Shown here: piece by piece, positions 41,092 through 51,904 of the stretch
How positions within the stretch are numbered: the stretch's first letter is position 1
Layout: every line of letters starts with the position of its first letter
Source: Callorhinchus milii
Lineage: Eukaryota
Direction of reading: 5' to 3'
Assembly: GCF_018977255.1 (NCBI RefSeq)
Contig: NW_024704743.1
Location: 33,110,001-33,174,000 of the forward strand
DNA: 64,000 nt
Position numbers and translations under genes: made by a program
Notes under the pieces: model-generated
Databases searched by the model: none
What the model saw: the letters and a program-made list of their open reading frames with translations, nothing else
Told to the model about the DNA's origin: nothing

Positions 41092-41708
41092 CTGGAAAAC
41101 AGCAGCGAAACACAAAACTGGGGGTTTGGGCCACAAGTCTCGGATTTCCATGGAATGGCTTTGGAATCAATGATTGAGCCTTTTAACTCGTGTGTTAAAA
41201 AGCCACCGGTTTTGTGTGCGGACCTTTTTGCTTTGAATCCAGAAACCCTTAAGGCAGAAGGAGTGTGTGTGTGTGTGTGTGTGTGGGGGGGGGGGGGGAA
41301 CTCTCAATAGCAACTCGCCAGTCAAAATAAAATCAGATTAAAGGGCATGAAATATTAAGGTCTGCAGCAGCAGCTCGACTGACACTGTCACTGAACACAA
41401 ACGCCATCTATTCATTTGAGGGGGGGGGGTTGGAGGGGTTGGAGGGGAGGGGGGGGGGTTGGAGGGGAGGGGGGGAGGTGTTTTATGCAGAAGGACGGAG
41501 AACAAGTCGACGATTGAAAGCGACGACGAACAGCAAGAAAAAAAATTTTTTTTTAATAAAAAAACCCCCACCAGCAAAATGCATTTGCTTTGCAAAATTC
41601 TCACTGCGGTTTGAGCAGTGAGTGTGTGTGTGTGTGTGTGCGGTGGTGTGTGCATTCCTCGCTCAACATATACATCGCTAACCAGAAGAAATCTGTGCAC
41701 GACCCTCT

Positions 41709-41739
<31 letters not shown>

Positions 41740-41801
41740 ATATATATATACACACACATATAAATATAAATAACCTACAACTTGGCATTGGGATTCCTTA
41801 C
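41092..41801 (-). other. CARMIL1: CARMIL1 intron 1 (710 bp) with (GT)n, (CA)n/(TA)n and G-run tracts
   Basis: Lies between the GT donor at 41801 and the AG acceptor at 41092-41093. Confidence 0.92.
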
Positions 41802-41841
41802 CGAGCAGCTCTTTGGGAACCTCGGAGGCGTCTTCGGTCAT
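41802..41841 (-). CDS. CARMIL1: CARMIL1 (LRRC16A, capping protein regulator and myosin 1 linker 1), coding exon 1
   Basis: Minus strand reads gcaaaATG ACC GAA GAC GCC TCC GAG GTT CCC AAA GAG CTG CTC G|gtaagg = MTEDASEVPKELL plus 1 nt (40 nt, phase 1), with a canonical GT donor and A at -3. It matches the recalled vertebrate CARMIL1 N-terminus (human MTEESSDVPRELI) and splices in frame to the next exon. Confidence 0.95.
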
Positions 41842-41865
41842 TTTGCCCACAGGAGAAGCGGAGAC

Positions 41866-41981
41866 TGAGTGTGAGTGAGTGTGAGAGAGTGTGTTAAAGG
41901 TGTGAGTGTGTGTGTGTGTGAGTGAGTGAGTGAGTGTGAAAGTTGTCTGGTTGGCTGGTGACTGACTGACTGACTGACTGA
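41866..41981. repeat. (GAGT)n/(GT)n/(GACT)n microsatellites in the presumptive 5' UTR
   Basis: Directly visible tandem units. Confidence 0.9.
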
Positions 41982-42106
41982 GCGGCTACATGTCTCTGTG
42001 CTGCTGTGGGGATACAATGTTGCAGGACTCCACACACTGTATCTCTCTGTGAGAAGCCTCTTCCACTCTCTGTCGCTCTTGTTATTCCTTAATTTTGGTG
42101 GTGGTG

Positions 42107-42250
42107 GTGTAGGGTGGGTGGGGGGGGGGGGGGGAGGAGAGAGTGGGGGGAGGGAGGAGTGGGGGGGAGGAGAGAGTGAGTGAGTGGGGGGGGGGGAGGA
42201 AATGAGGGAGGGAGGGAGGGAGGGATGAGAGGAGGAGTGGAGTGGGGGGA
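42107..42250 (+). repeat. G-rich polypurine tract (G4 potential)
   Basis: Long G runs interspersed with GGA/GAG. Confidence 0.85.
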
Positions 42251-42254
42251 AAGG

Positions 42255-42745
42255 AGTCACCACCTCAAATGCCTGCAGTAGCAGCAGCGACTCTCACAGG
42301 CATCCGCGAGTGGGCAAAACCCCCTCACACCCCCCCTCACACACACACACCCTCACCCCCCCCACTCACACACACACCCCCCCCCACACACCCACACAAC
42401 CCCCCCTCACACACACACACCCTCACACACACCCCCCCTCACACACACCCCTCACACACACACCCTCACCCCCCCACTCACATACACACCCCCTCACCCC
42501 CCCCCCTCACACACCCCCTCACACACACACACACCCTCACACACCCCTCACACCGGGGCAGGTCCGAGCGGAAGCACAAAACCGCAGCACCGCCACCTCT
42601 CCCCCCCCCCCACCATATATATATATATATATACACACACACAGTACACCCCCTCCCACCCCCCAACTCGGCTCGCGAGATTTAAGCAGCCGGAAGTCTG
42701 TCTCCATCTCTCTCTCTCTCTCTCTCACCCTCTAAACTCAGGATT
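42255..42745. promoter_or_regulatory. Putative CARMIL1 promoter core
   Basis: Local CpG enrichment 0.4-0.9 kb upstream of the ATG. GCTCGCGAGA (42671-42680) is a 9/10 match to the TCTCGCGAGA BANP/ZBTB33-type motif. CCGGAAGT (42690-42697) is an ETS/GABPA motif, with a second CGGAAG near 42569. The TSS cannot be determined from sequence. Confidence 0.6.
42320..42665 (+). repeat. C/A-rich compound repeat (CA)n / CCCCCTCACA with a (TA)n tract
   Basis: Directly visible. Confidence 0.9.
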
Positions 42746-42755
42746 GAGAAGGCGG

Positions 42756-42975
42756 CTCTCCCCCTCTCTCCCTCCCTCCCTCTCCTCCCTCCCTCTCCCC
42801 CTCCCCTCTCTCCCCTCCCTCCCTCTCCCCTCTCCCCCCCCCCCTCTCTCCCCCTCCCCCTCTCTCCCCCTCCCTCCCCCCCCCCCCCCTCCCCCTCCCC
42901 CCCTCTCCCTCTCTCCCCCTCCCTCCCTCTCCCTCTCCCCCCTCCTCCCTCTCCCCCCTCTCCCTCTCCCCTCAC
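42756..42975 (+). repeat. ~220-bp polypyrimidine (C/T) tract
   Basis: Essentially only C and T (CTCCC/CCCT units). Confidence 0.95.
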
Positions 42976-43006
42976 TTTGCTAATCAGTGCAGTCACCAAA
43001 TGGCTC

Positions 43007-43470
43007 GTGTGTGTGTGTGTGTCTTGTATGTGTGTGTGTTTTTTGTGTGCGTTTTGTGTGGTGTGTATGTGTGTGTATGGTGTATGTGTTCGGGTGTATG
43101 TGGTTGTGTGTTTGTGTGTGGTGTGTATGTGTTGTGTGTGTATGGTGTGTGTGTGGTGTGTATGTATGTGTGTGTGCATGTGTGGTGTGTATGTGTATGT
43201 ATGTGTGGTGTGTATGTGTATGTATGTATATGTGTGTGTGTGTGTGTGGTGTGTATGTGTGTTTGTGTGTGTATGTGGTGTGTATGTATGTGTGTGTTTG
43301 TGTATGTGTGGTGTGTGTATGTGTTTGTGTGGTGTGTGTGTGGTGTGTATGTGTGTGTTTGTGTATATGTGGTGTGTATGTGTTTGTGTGTGTGTGGTGT
43401 GTTTGTGTGTGGTGTGTATGTGTGTGTGGTGTGTATGTGTATGTATGTGTGTATGTGTGTGTGGTGCTTG
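43007..43470 (+). repeat. ~460-bp compound (TG)n/(TATG)/(TGG) microsatellite
   Basis: Directly visible; it produces the spurious Cys/Val- and His/Thr-rich ORFs. Confidence 0.95.
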
Positions 43471-44194
43471 TGAGGGTGTGAGAGAAGGATGACACCGCCA
43501 CCTGCTGATGTGTTGGCTTTGCATCAGCTCTGCTGCTTCCCAGTCCATGAGGATTTTGCTGTGTCAGTAAAGTCAGGTCCTTCCACACCGAGGGCTGACT
43601 TGGAGAGGTTCAGAAACACACCCACACACAGCAGCCACCTGCCCCGCAGACTAATTGACAATATTCACTGTGAGCCACTGGGAATTTATGTGGAGAAATA
43701 GCGAGAGTTTTTTTTAATTATATATGTGAATGTGTGAGATTGACATTAAAGGTTAAGGGATAAGTATAGTTGGGATACTCAAATACACTGGAATAGGGTG
43801 GTTTCTGCTGCTGGAGCTTAATTATCATCTGTGGAAAACTGTGATACAAATGTAGATAAATATTGTGACTTTTTTTCAACTGGAAGTTCTCAAGAAATGG
43901 CCCAAACGGTCTCTTGGGAGATAATGTGGTGAAGAAAATGACTTGTATTTTTCTATGTAATAGTGAAACATCTCAAAGCTCCCCATAGGGTAATTGAAGC
44001 GCCTTGGGACATCCCCTCGATGTGAAAGGCTCTATATAAATGTAATTTGTTGTTCTTGTTGTAATATTACCAATCAACCAGTCAGTCATTCCACCCGCAA
44101 GGAATTTAAACTTGCAGACTCATCTGGGTCTGGATGCTTCTTGCATTGCTGTCTTCACCATTAGTTGGGATTAAAGTATCTTGTGCATTAAAAG

Positions 44195-44580
44195 ACTGAC
44201 CCCAGTCCTTGCCAGACTGCACTGGCTGTCTATCCCAGAGTGGATCGATTTCAAGATCCTCATCCTTGTATTCAAGTCCCTGCACTCCTCTGCACCCCCC
44301 CACCTCTCTGACCTCCTCGTCCCCCGAGTCCTCCGCTCCACCCTCAGCGGCCGTGCCTTCAGCCACTACGCCCCGAAGCTCTGGAACTGCCTTCCTCACT
44401 CCCTTCGCCTCTCTTCCTCCCTTCCCATTTTCAGGTCTCTGCTGAAGACCTTTCTTTTCGACCGCGCCTTTGGTCACCTTCCTCCTCCTCCTCCTGGCTC
44501 GATCCCGGGATCCGTGACTGTAAAGCGCTCTGAGACGCCGTTCAGCGTGGAGGGCGCTATATAAATCCAAGTTGTTGTTG
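44195..44580 (+). mobile_element. L2 3' fragment, second subfamily
   Basis: TPVLARLHWLSIPEWIDFKILILVFKSLH...GRAFSHYAPKLWNCLP...LLKTFLFDRAF; variant tail stem-loop plus (TTG)n. Confidence 0.92.
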
Positions 44581-45103
44581 AACAAACCAAACAAGAACGG
44601 TCATAGATACTTAATGAAGAACTGAGTGGGGTATTTGCAATACACTTTATGTTAATTTGATAGGAGAGTATTTGGATGAGATGTTCAGGTGGGTGTTAAA
44701 GATCCCATGCCACTTTTTGAAAAGCGAAGGAAAGTGGCCTGGCAAACAAACCCCCAAGTATAATTGATCAGTTATTTCAGGGCTGTTTCTGGGTCATTGC
44801 TATGTGCAAATTGGCTATCACGTTCACCTACAAAATACACAGTCACTATACTTTGCCATAAATACTGTAAAGCACTTTGGGATGTTTGGCAAGGTGATAA
44901 GACAGTATATCAAATGTAAGGATTACTATTATTACTCATCAATCACTTCATTTTAACGGAACAATTCCTTCTACCTTGTAGGAGATATTGAAATGTAACA
45001 ATGTTTCTTAACAGGATTAATAAGAAATTCCACAAGGATTCCCATTGACTGATGGTGTCTCTGCGATGGAAGTGGATTGCTTCAGAGCAGGGACAATATG
45101 CTG

Positions 45104-45380
45104 TGCAAGTGAGAGACCTGAGTTCAATTCCAGGCAGGGCGAAACCTTGGGCAAGTTTCCTTACTCCACACGCCTAATAATAATCCCTCAAAAAAAAACA
45201 ATAATAAATTGGTTATTTTCAATCCATGACTGTTTGTGGGACACTGTTGTGCGCAATTGGCTGCCGCATTCGCCCACAAATATAGTCAATTCACTCTACA
45301 GTATATTCTGTGAAACTCTTTGGGACGTCTAGAAGACGTGAAAAGCGCTCTATCAAATGCAAGGATTATTATTATTATTA
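45104..45380 (+). mobile_element. tRNA-derived SINE, short subfamily, 5'-truncated
   Basis: Matches 17547-17823. Confidence 0.92.
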
Positions 45381-46624
45381 TCTTTTGGGTGACACGTTAA
45401 ACCAAGACCCCGTCTGCCTGTTCAGATGGACACTAAAGATCCCATGGCGCTATTCAAAAAAAGGAAGTTGCTCTCTGTATCCTGGGATCCCCCAAATAAA
45501 ATTGATCATTCTCTTCATGGCTGTTTGTAGGACATTGCTGTGCTCAAATTGGCTGTTGCATTCGCTACAAAATGTTAGTGCACCTTATAGTAATTCTTGT
45601 GAAGCACATTGAGAAGTTCTCCCTATGTCGTGGCCACTATTATCAAATGTAAGTATTATTATCACAGTTCATGTGCAGCCATTGCTGAACTTTGAATCGA
45701 CCTAGATTCAATTATGTCATTCAAAATGGCAGTATAGTACTAGTACTGTGAATGTTTTCCTGGTTTGGGCCTCCATCTTTGCACTTGTTGGATCCTAAAT
45801 CTTGATTTCTGGATTACTGTGTGGAGTCGGTATTATACCTCACTGGAGAAGCTCCACAGAAAAGCCTGAGTAACCTAACACGGTGCAGATTCAGGGAGGA
45901 AGATTCATTAATGAAACAATATACTTTAATCAAGGTCTTTTGATTTGACGTCCTTTAGTAAAATGTAACTAAAGAGTTTTAATATATCCCTGTTCACTCC
46001 AGTAAATTTTGCGTTCTGCACTTTACTTCATTTGTTTAAATAATGCAGGTGGAAAGTGAAAGCACTACATACGGGGTACATTCCTTTTCCCCTTCCTCTC
46101 ATGAACACTATCCTTCAAGTTTAAACTGAAAAATCTATAGCGGCAGATTAAATTGTTGATGTGATGAGTTCATTCCATCATGTTGTTGTGCACGTCTCTG
46201 TGTACAAACCTGATACAGTATCTTGAATTACACTTTACCCAATGACAATGTTCCATTTTAACCCCCTGCCGGGAGCAGATATAGTCATCAGTCAATGTGC
46301 AAAGAGCAGTGACATTTGCAGTAAAATTGCTAGGTACACCATGTCCCCAGTACTTTGACCTTCTCATGAACAACAGAAATCTCACCCTCTATCTGGTTCC
46401 ATATTTTCTAATCTGCAATGTGGTTACTGCTCTGATGACTTTAGTTTTAGGTAAAAATCAGGGCAAATGGGATCCTGGTCATCGGATATTTCAGTCCTCA
46501 ACACTGGGATTGCCATGATTACTAGGTAACAATCTGAAGAAAGCGTGTCTTTTTAAGCAAAACTTAGGATCCCCATTTGCATTTGTGAGCAGACAACCAG
46601 TGCTTTGCTATATATTTGATATAA

Positions 46625-46826
46625 TCCTCCTTCAAGGCCGGTCTCAAGACCTTTCTCTTTGACCGTGCTTTCAGCTCCCCTCTCGACTCTCTACCTCCTC
46701 CTCGCTCGCTCCCTTCCCTCCCCTCACCATTTCCCCCCTGCTCGGGTCCTGACCCAACTGTCCAGCGCCTTGGGACGTCCTCCCGACGTGAAAGGCGCTC
46801 TATAAATGAAATCTTGTTGTTGTTGA
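46625..46826 (+). mobile_element. Young L2 3' end (short 5'-truncated copy)
   Basis: Near-identical to 23398-23605; ends AGCGCCTTGGGACGTCCTCCCGACGTGAAAGGCGCT-CTATAAATGAAATC(TTG)n. Confidence 0.92.
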
Positions 46827-46951
46827 TGGGGCAATAAAAGGGCTACTAGCTCTTCTGGCTATTCACAGAAATGTTTAAGATGATGTCAAGAGGCCAGTGC
46901 TCCTTTAAATTTCATTCTCTACTATTTAAGCTATTAAAGAGCTATTTACTC

Positions 46952-47258
46952 GTGGAGTCCTGTAGCTCAGTGGTTAGAGCACTCGCTTTGCAAGCGAGAG
47001 ACCTGAGTTCAATGCCAGGCAGGTCAGGGCGAAACCTTGGCCAAGTTTCCTTACTCCACACAGAGCCTAATAATAATCCCTCCAAAACCAAAAACAATAA
47101 TAAATTGATCATTTTCAATCTACGACTGTTTGTGGGACATTGCTGTGCGCAATTGGCTGCCACGTTCGCCCACAAATATACAGTCAATTCACTTTACAGT
47201 GTGTTCTGTGAAGCGCTTTGGGACGTCCTCCCGACGTGAAAAGCGCTATATCAAATGC

Positions 47259-47289
<31 letters not shown>
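46952..47289 (+). mobile_element. tRNA(Ala)-derived SINE, short subfamily, young copy
   Basis: Full head, CpGs retained, CTCCC-loop tail and long (TTA)n; near-identical to 47330-47655. Confidence 0.95.
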
Positions 47290-47329
47290 TAAGCTCTGCT
47301 CCGCTATTTTCTATTGAAGATATATCTAA

Positions 47330-47655
47330 GTGGAGTCCTGTAGCTCAGTGGTTAGAGCACTCGCTTTGCAAGTGAGAGACCTGAGTTCAATTCCCGGCAG
47401 GGCAAAACCTTGGGCAAGTTTCCTTACTCCACACAGAGCCTAATAATAATCCCTCCAAAACCTAAAACAATAATAAAATTGGTCATTTTCAATCTACGAC
47501 TGTTTGTGGGACATTGCTGTGCGCAATTGGCTGCCGCGTTCGCCCACAAATATACAGTCAATTCACTTTACAGTGTGTTCTGTGAAGCGCTTTGGAACGT
47601 CCTCCCGACGTGAAAAACGCTATATCAAATGCAAGGATTATTATTATTATTATTA
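47330..47655 (+). mobile_element. tRNA(Ala)-derived SINE, short subfamily, young copy
   Basis: Same structure as 46952-47289; shares the diagnostic CACAGAGCC and GTGTGTTCTG variants with it. Confidence 0.95.
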
Positions 47656-47657
47656 AT

Positions 47658-47982
47658 CGAAAGGACCTGAGTGATTCCCGGGCAGGGCAAAACATTGGGC
47701 AAGTTTCCTTACTCTACACGCCTCTGTTCACCTAGCAGTAAGTAGGTTGTTAGTTGATTGGCGGATCACTTTTCCAGGGGTAATAATTCCTTCAAAATGC
47801 ATTCTAAAAATAATTTGGTCACTCAATCCACGATTGTTGGTCGACAGTGCTGTGTGCAATTGGCTGCCATGTTTTGCCCACAAACTATACAGTCAATTCA
47901 CTTTACAGTATATTCTGTGAAGCGCTTTGAGATGTCTCAAAGATGGGGTAAGACTCGATATCAAATGCAAGGATTATTATTA
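47658..47982 (+). mobile_element. tRNA-derived SINE, long subfamily, 5'-truncated
   Basis: Contains the extra GCCTCTGTTCACCTAGCAGTAAGTAGG...GATTGGCGGATC segment. Confidence 0.9.
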
Positions 47983-48171
47983 GACTCTAGGAACAGTACA
48001 GTAGCCTAATATTTGCCACAACTGGAATTCAACCATGTAATAACCATGGTGAGAAGCAAACAAATTAAGGATTAGTCTTTCTGGCCAAGTTTGTTTCCCC
48101 ACAAACCCTAATGAATGGATATCAAACCAGTTTTGGTAATTCATTTCATATGCATGGTTTTTACATTTATC

Positions 48172-48712
48172 CACCACCATGCTTAAGAGTATCCAACCAA
48201 AACAGAATTCCATGAATTCCACTTACACATGGAAATTACCTGTATTGGAATGGAATGCACACTCTGCCGGGAGGGATGCATCCTCCTTACCTAATCACAG
48301 AGAGTATTGGGTGCAGGTTGCAAGAGCCAAGGTTTGGGGACCCCAGATTGTGCGTTGGGTACTGCTGTAGTTTAACCAAGTAAAACTGCATAGCTTGTCT
48401 GAAATCACCAGCTAGCAAGCTTTCCCGCTGCTGTCCAGCTAGGACCAGCCTACCCATTAGGACCTTGGCTTACAGGGTTAACTGAGTGGGAAGAATCCCT
48501 GCCCTCAGTGACTGGTCTGCCCTTCCAAGTCATGCAGATAAGCCAGGCTGTCTCGGCTGATATCAGAAGTGTCCCGGAGTACAGAGGACTTGGCTGGCTC
48601 AGGAACTGGACTCAGAGGAGTTGGTTGATTTTGACATTCTGTTGCAAAATGTCATTTTGAAGTCAGTTTATCTTGTTTAACTCCCCCTAGGAGGATAATC
48701 ACTATTTGGTCA
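48172..48712 (+). mobile_element. Unclassified ~570-bp interspersed repeat copy
   Basis: CACCATGCTTAAGAGTATCC...GGGGACCCCAGA...CAGCTAGGACC...GTGACTGGTCTGCCCTTCCA...CAGGAACTGG...TGACATTCTGTTGC...GGAGGATAATC..TTGGTCA. Other copies are at 31125-31595, 60034-60388, 61469-61645 and 62401-62532. Confidence 0.8.
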
Positions 48713-48972
48713 TTTGACATCCTCCAAACATGGGTTTTTAATCCCTCCTTGAAAATCACTGCATTAGATAGAGTGGGGTTATGACTGAATGAATTTGAAG
48801 TTCAAGACGAGGATCGTGAATTCAATTTGGTGGACTACTGAGAGCCACTGGAGCCTGGCAATGACAGAAGTGTAATAATGGGTGTGCGGAGAGATTATAA
48901 ATGATAGAGGTTTGGATGAGTTGGGTTTTGTGCAGGGTGTCGCTATGGAAGCTGGTTAAAGGAGGAGATTAT

Positions 48973-49250
48973 TAATAATAATAATCCTTGCATTTGATAT
49001 AGTGCCTTATTACACCGTTAAGACATCTCAAAGCACTTCTCAGAATATATTGTAAAGTGTAGTGACACTATATTTTGTGGGCGAAACATGGCAGCCAATT
49101 GGCCCACAAACAGTGGTGGATTGCGTGAACAAAAATTATTATTATTTTGTGGAGGGATTATACTCCCAGGAAGCGATCCGCTAACCGGGTTCCCACTTAT
49201 TTCTAGGTAAATAGAGGCATGGAATAAAGAAACATGCCTAAGGTTTCACC
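48973..49250 (-). mobile_element. tRNA-derived SINE, long subfamily, inserted in an old L2 remnant
   Basis: Reverse-complement family match; L2-like purine-rich remnants flank it at about 48800-48960 and 49270-49530. Confidence 0.85.
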
Positions 49251-49995
49251 CAGCACAGGAAACAAACTTGAGTTCTCTCACTTGTGAATGAGGGGTTGAA
49301 ATGGTCAAGAGGCAGGTTATAGTGAAAAAGATTAAGAAATGATGGAAATGGCACTCTTGATAGTGAGCCTTTGGGTATTAGGAAAGTCCAGGGGGTGAAC
49401 ATGGAATTTAACAGGTGGGTACAGGAAAGAAGGGAGGTCGAGAGATCAGCAGACATGGAACCAATGTGTTTAAGGTGCAAGTTAAAGTTAAATAGGAAGA
49501 GTCAGTGTTTGGAGACTGAGAACAGAAGTATACACAATAGCCATGTTCTAGTCTAAACCATGTTAATTCCTAGAATAGATAACGTATGCAATGGTGTTTT
49601 GTTGATTATTAGGTGCTTTAGAACTAAATATTTAACAGTCAATTTTTTCCCAGTGGCACTTTTGAGAATGTGCATAATCCATGGAACAACCTAAGTTGTT
49701 TCCATAGTGATTGAATCCTTCCAATGTTACTCAGTTTCTTATAAGTGTTCACAATCTAACGTGGTGCCAGTCCTCAGCGACAGCACCATCACGCTTATGT
49801 GCATTCAAATTGAATTCGCTTTTTATATCTGATTACTTGTTTCTGCAAGATGCAGTGTCCTATGAAAGAAAATAAATCCTTTGTAAAGGATCTTTCATGA
49901 ATGATTCTTTGAAATAATTAGATGCTTTTCATTAATCGAGTAGCTGTATATATGTCAATCCTTCAAAGATATTTTGTTGACAGCTTTTATTTGCA

Positions 49996-50125
49996 TCGAC
50001 TACGCCAACTCTTCCCTCCACAAGCTGCAGATCATTCAGAACTCTGCAGCTCGTGTCCTCTGCTGCACCAGGCTCTGTGATCCCATCACCCCCACCCTTG
50101 CCTGGCTTCACTGGCTCACCATTTC
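49996..50125 (+). mobile_element. L2 ORF2 fragment
   Basis: DYANSSLHKLQIIQNSAARVLCCTRLCDPITPTLAWLHWL. Confidence 0.88.
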
Positions 50126-51904
50126 AGAGGGTAAGATAACTTGTACAAACCACAGCTATTGCTTGCATGACTAAAGTAGGAAAAAAGTGGAAATTGTAAG
50201 TAAACATTGATGTAAGGTAGATGTTAGACTGTAACAAATATGTGGGATTGAGTTTAAAACGTCACATTTCAATTAAAAATGAGTCACAAAAGTAATCTGT
50301 TAATGTTGTTGTACCCAGAAATTATAACGACTTGAGAGTGAGATAAAGCTTATAATTTAATTTTGATTATACAATATTGTCCTGCAGCAGGTATTATAAT
50401 GTGAGAGTGGAGAGATATTGGACCCAGAGATCAGTATACTTTAGTGCCAAGGAGTGGTCTGTGGCAGAGTGGGCAAAATGGGCCGAATGGTTTTCTCTTG
50501 ATCATTTATTTCTGTTTTCCTTTAATGTTTGTTATGCTGGTCAGAAACACAATGTCTTGCCATATGTTTTTTTCCTATAAGGGTTATTTTTGATGAGAGC
50601 AATGAATTGCTGATTAAGTTTAAGTATAAAATGTTTTGGAATATTCAGATAATGAATAGTCAGTGGATTGTACATCCAATATTGCTTGGTCAATTGATCT
50701 TTACTACATTTTCAACCACAATAATGTTGTTTAAAGGCACACTTTCAGTAATTGCACTTAGTGAAAAATCTGTGGACATTGGAGCTGAGTCCAGGAGAGA
50801 ATGAAAGCTGTGGAGTTCTGGCCTCCAACCATTCGTATTTCTACGTGGCCAAATTTCCCTTAATTCCACTTGTAATAATCTTTGCCATAAGCCTCTTATG
50901 TAGTGCCTTGACATGCACGGAAGCAAGTTATTTTTGAGAAAGGCATGAAATACTTATACTATATCTCCTGCAATATCTGATGCCTGTTTTTCAGTGATAA
51001 TGCATTTAGCAACAGATCAAGCCGGCCTATGTAAATATATAATTTGTTCTTGTAATGTGGCATGAGCTGGAGTGAGGAATAATATTTTAGAAGAGCTGAT
51101 TTCTAGCTGTGAGGAAAGAACTAATACATGGAAATGCTTGGGAATGCAGTATGTCTTAAAGGTGAAAAAACCTTTGAATGCTTTTCAAAGGTACACTTCA
51201 GGAGATCAATGCATTACTTTATAGGATATGGTAATGGTCACTAAACAAAATAGGTAATTTAAAAATATCAATTCTGTATACGTCGTACAGGCGGTTAATG
51301 AAAATTTTAAGCTAAATGATGAAGAGAATAATCCAAGATAAGGCTTTATGTGTGATGTGCCATCCTTTGGATGAAACGTTAAACCGAGATTCTGTCTGTT
51401 CAGGTGGATGTTAAACAGCCCATGGCGCTATTCAAAAGTAAAGTGTGTTTCTCCTGGTCTCCTGGCCAACAATCCCCCAATAAAATTGGCGACTCATTCT
51501 ATGGCTGTTTGTGGGACATTGTTGTGCACAAACTGGCTGCTGCATTTCGCCCACAAAAGACACAGTCAATCCACTTTACAATACATCCTGTGAAGTGCTC
51601 TGAGACGTCTCAACGATATGATAAGATGTTGTATCAAATGCAAGGATTATTATTTTAGAAATTATTTGAAAATAATTTTAATTACAACTGCCTGTATTTG
51701 TGAGTGTTTTTTTTGGAAAAAACATCAATGTAAAGTAGCTGCCTTTCTCATTATGGTGTTAAAGCCAAACACTGAAACATAATTTGGGGAAGGGGAATTC
51801 TACCTGGAACTGGGACTAGCTTTATTCTATTTATTTGATATTTCAGAATGTCCAGAATTTGTCAAATTCTTAAATAGCCTTAATTTTGAAGTTATTTTAA
51901 GAAA

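Noticed and set aside
42242..43588. Long ORFs rich in His/Thr/Pro, Cys/Val or Gly/Glu (up to 288 aa)
   Set aside because: These are translations of microsatellites that lack stop codons.
46952..47035. tRNA-Ala(TGC)-like cloverleaf with A and B boxes (also at 17509, 47330, 38300-38375, 53230-53304, 61898)
   Set aside because: Each is the head of a SINE, continuous with the SINE body and tail. Stems are imperfect and no Pol III terminator follows the tRNA part, so these are not tRNA genes.
46952..47982. Regularly recurring direct repeats suggesting a CRISPR-like array
   Set aside because: The units are ~330-bp SINEs in vertebrate DNA, with no short repeat-spacer periodicity and no cas genes.
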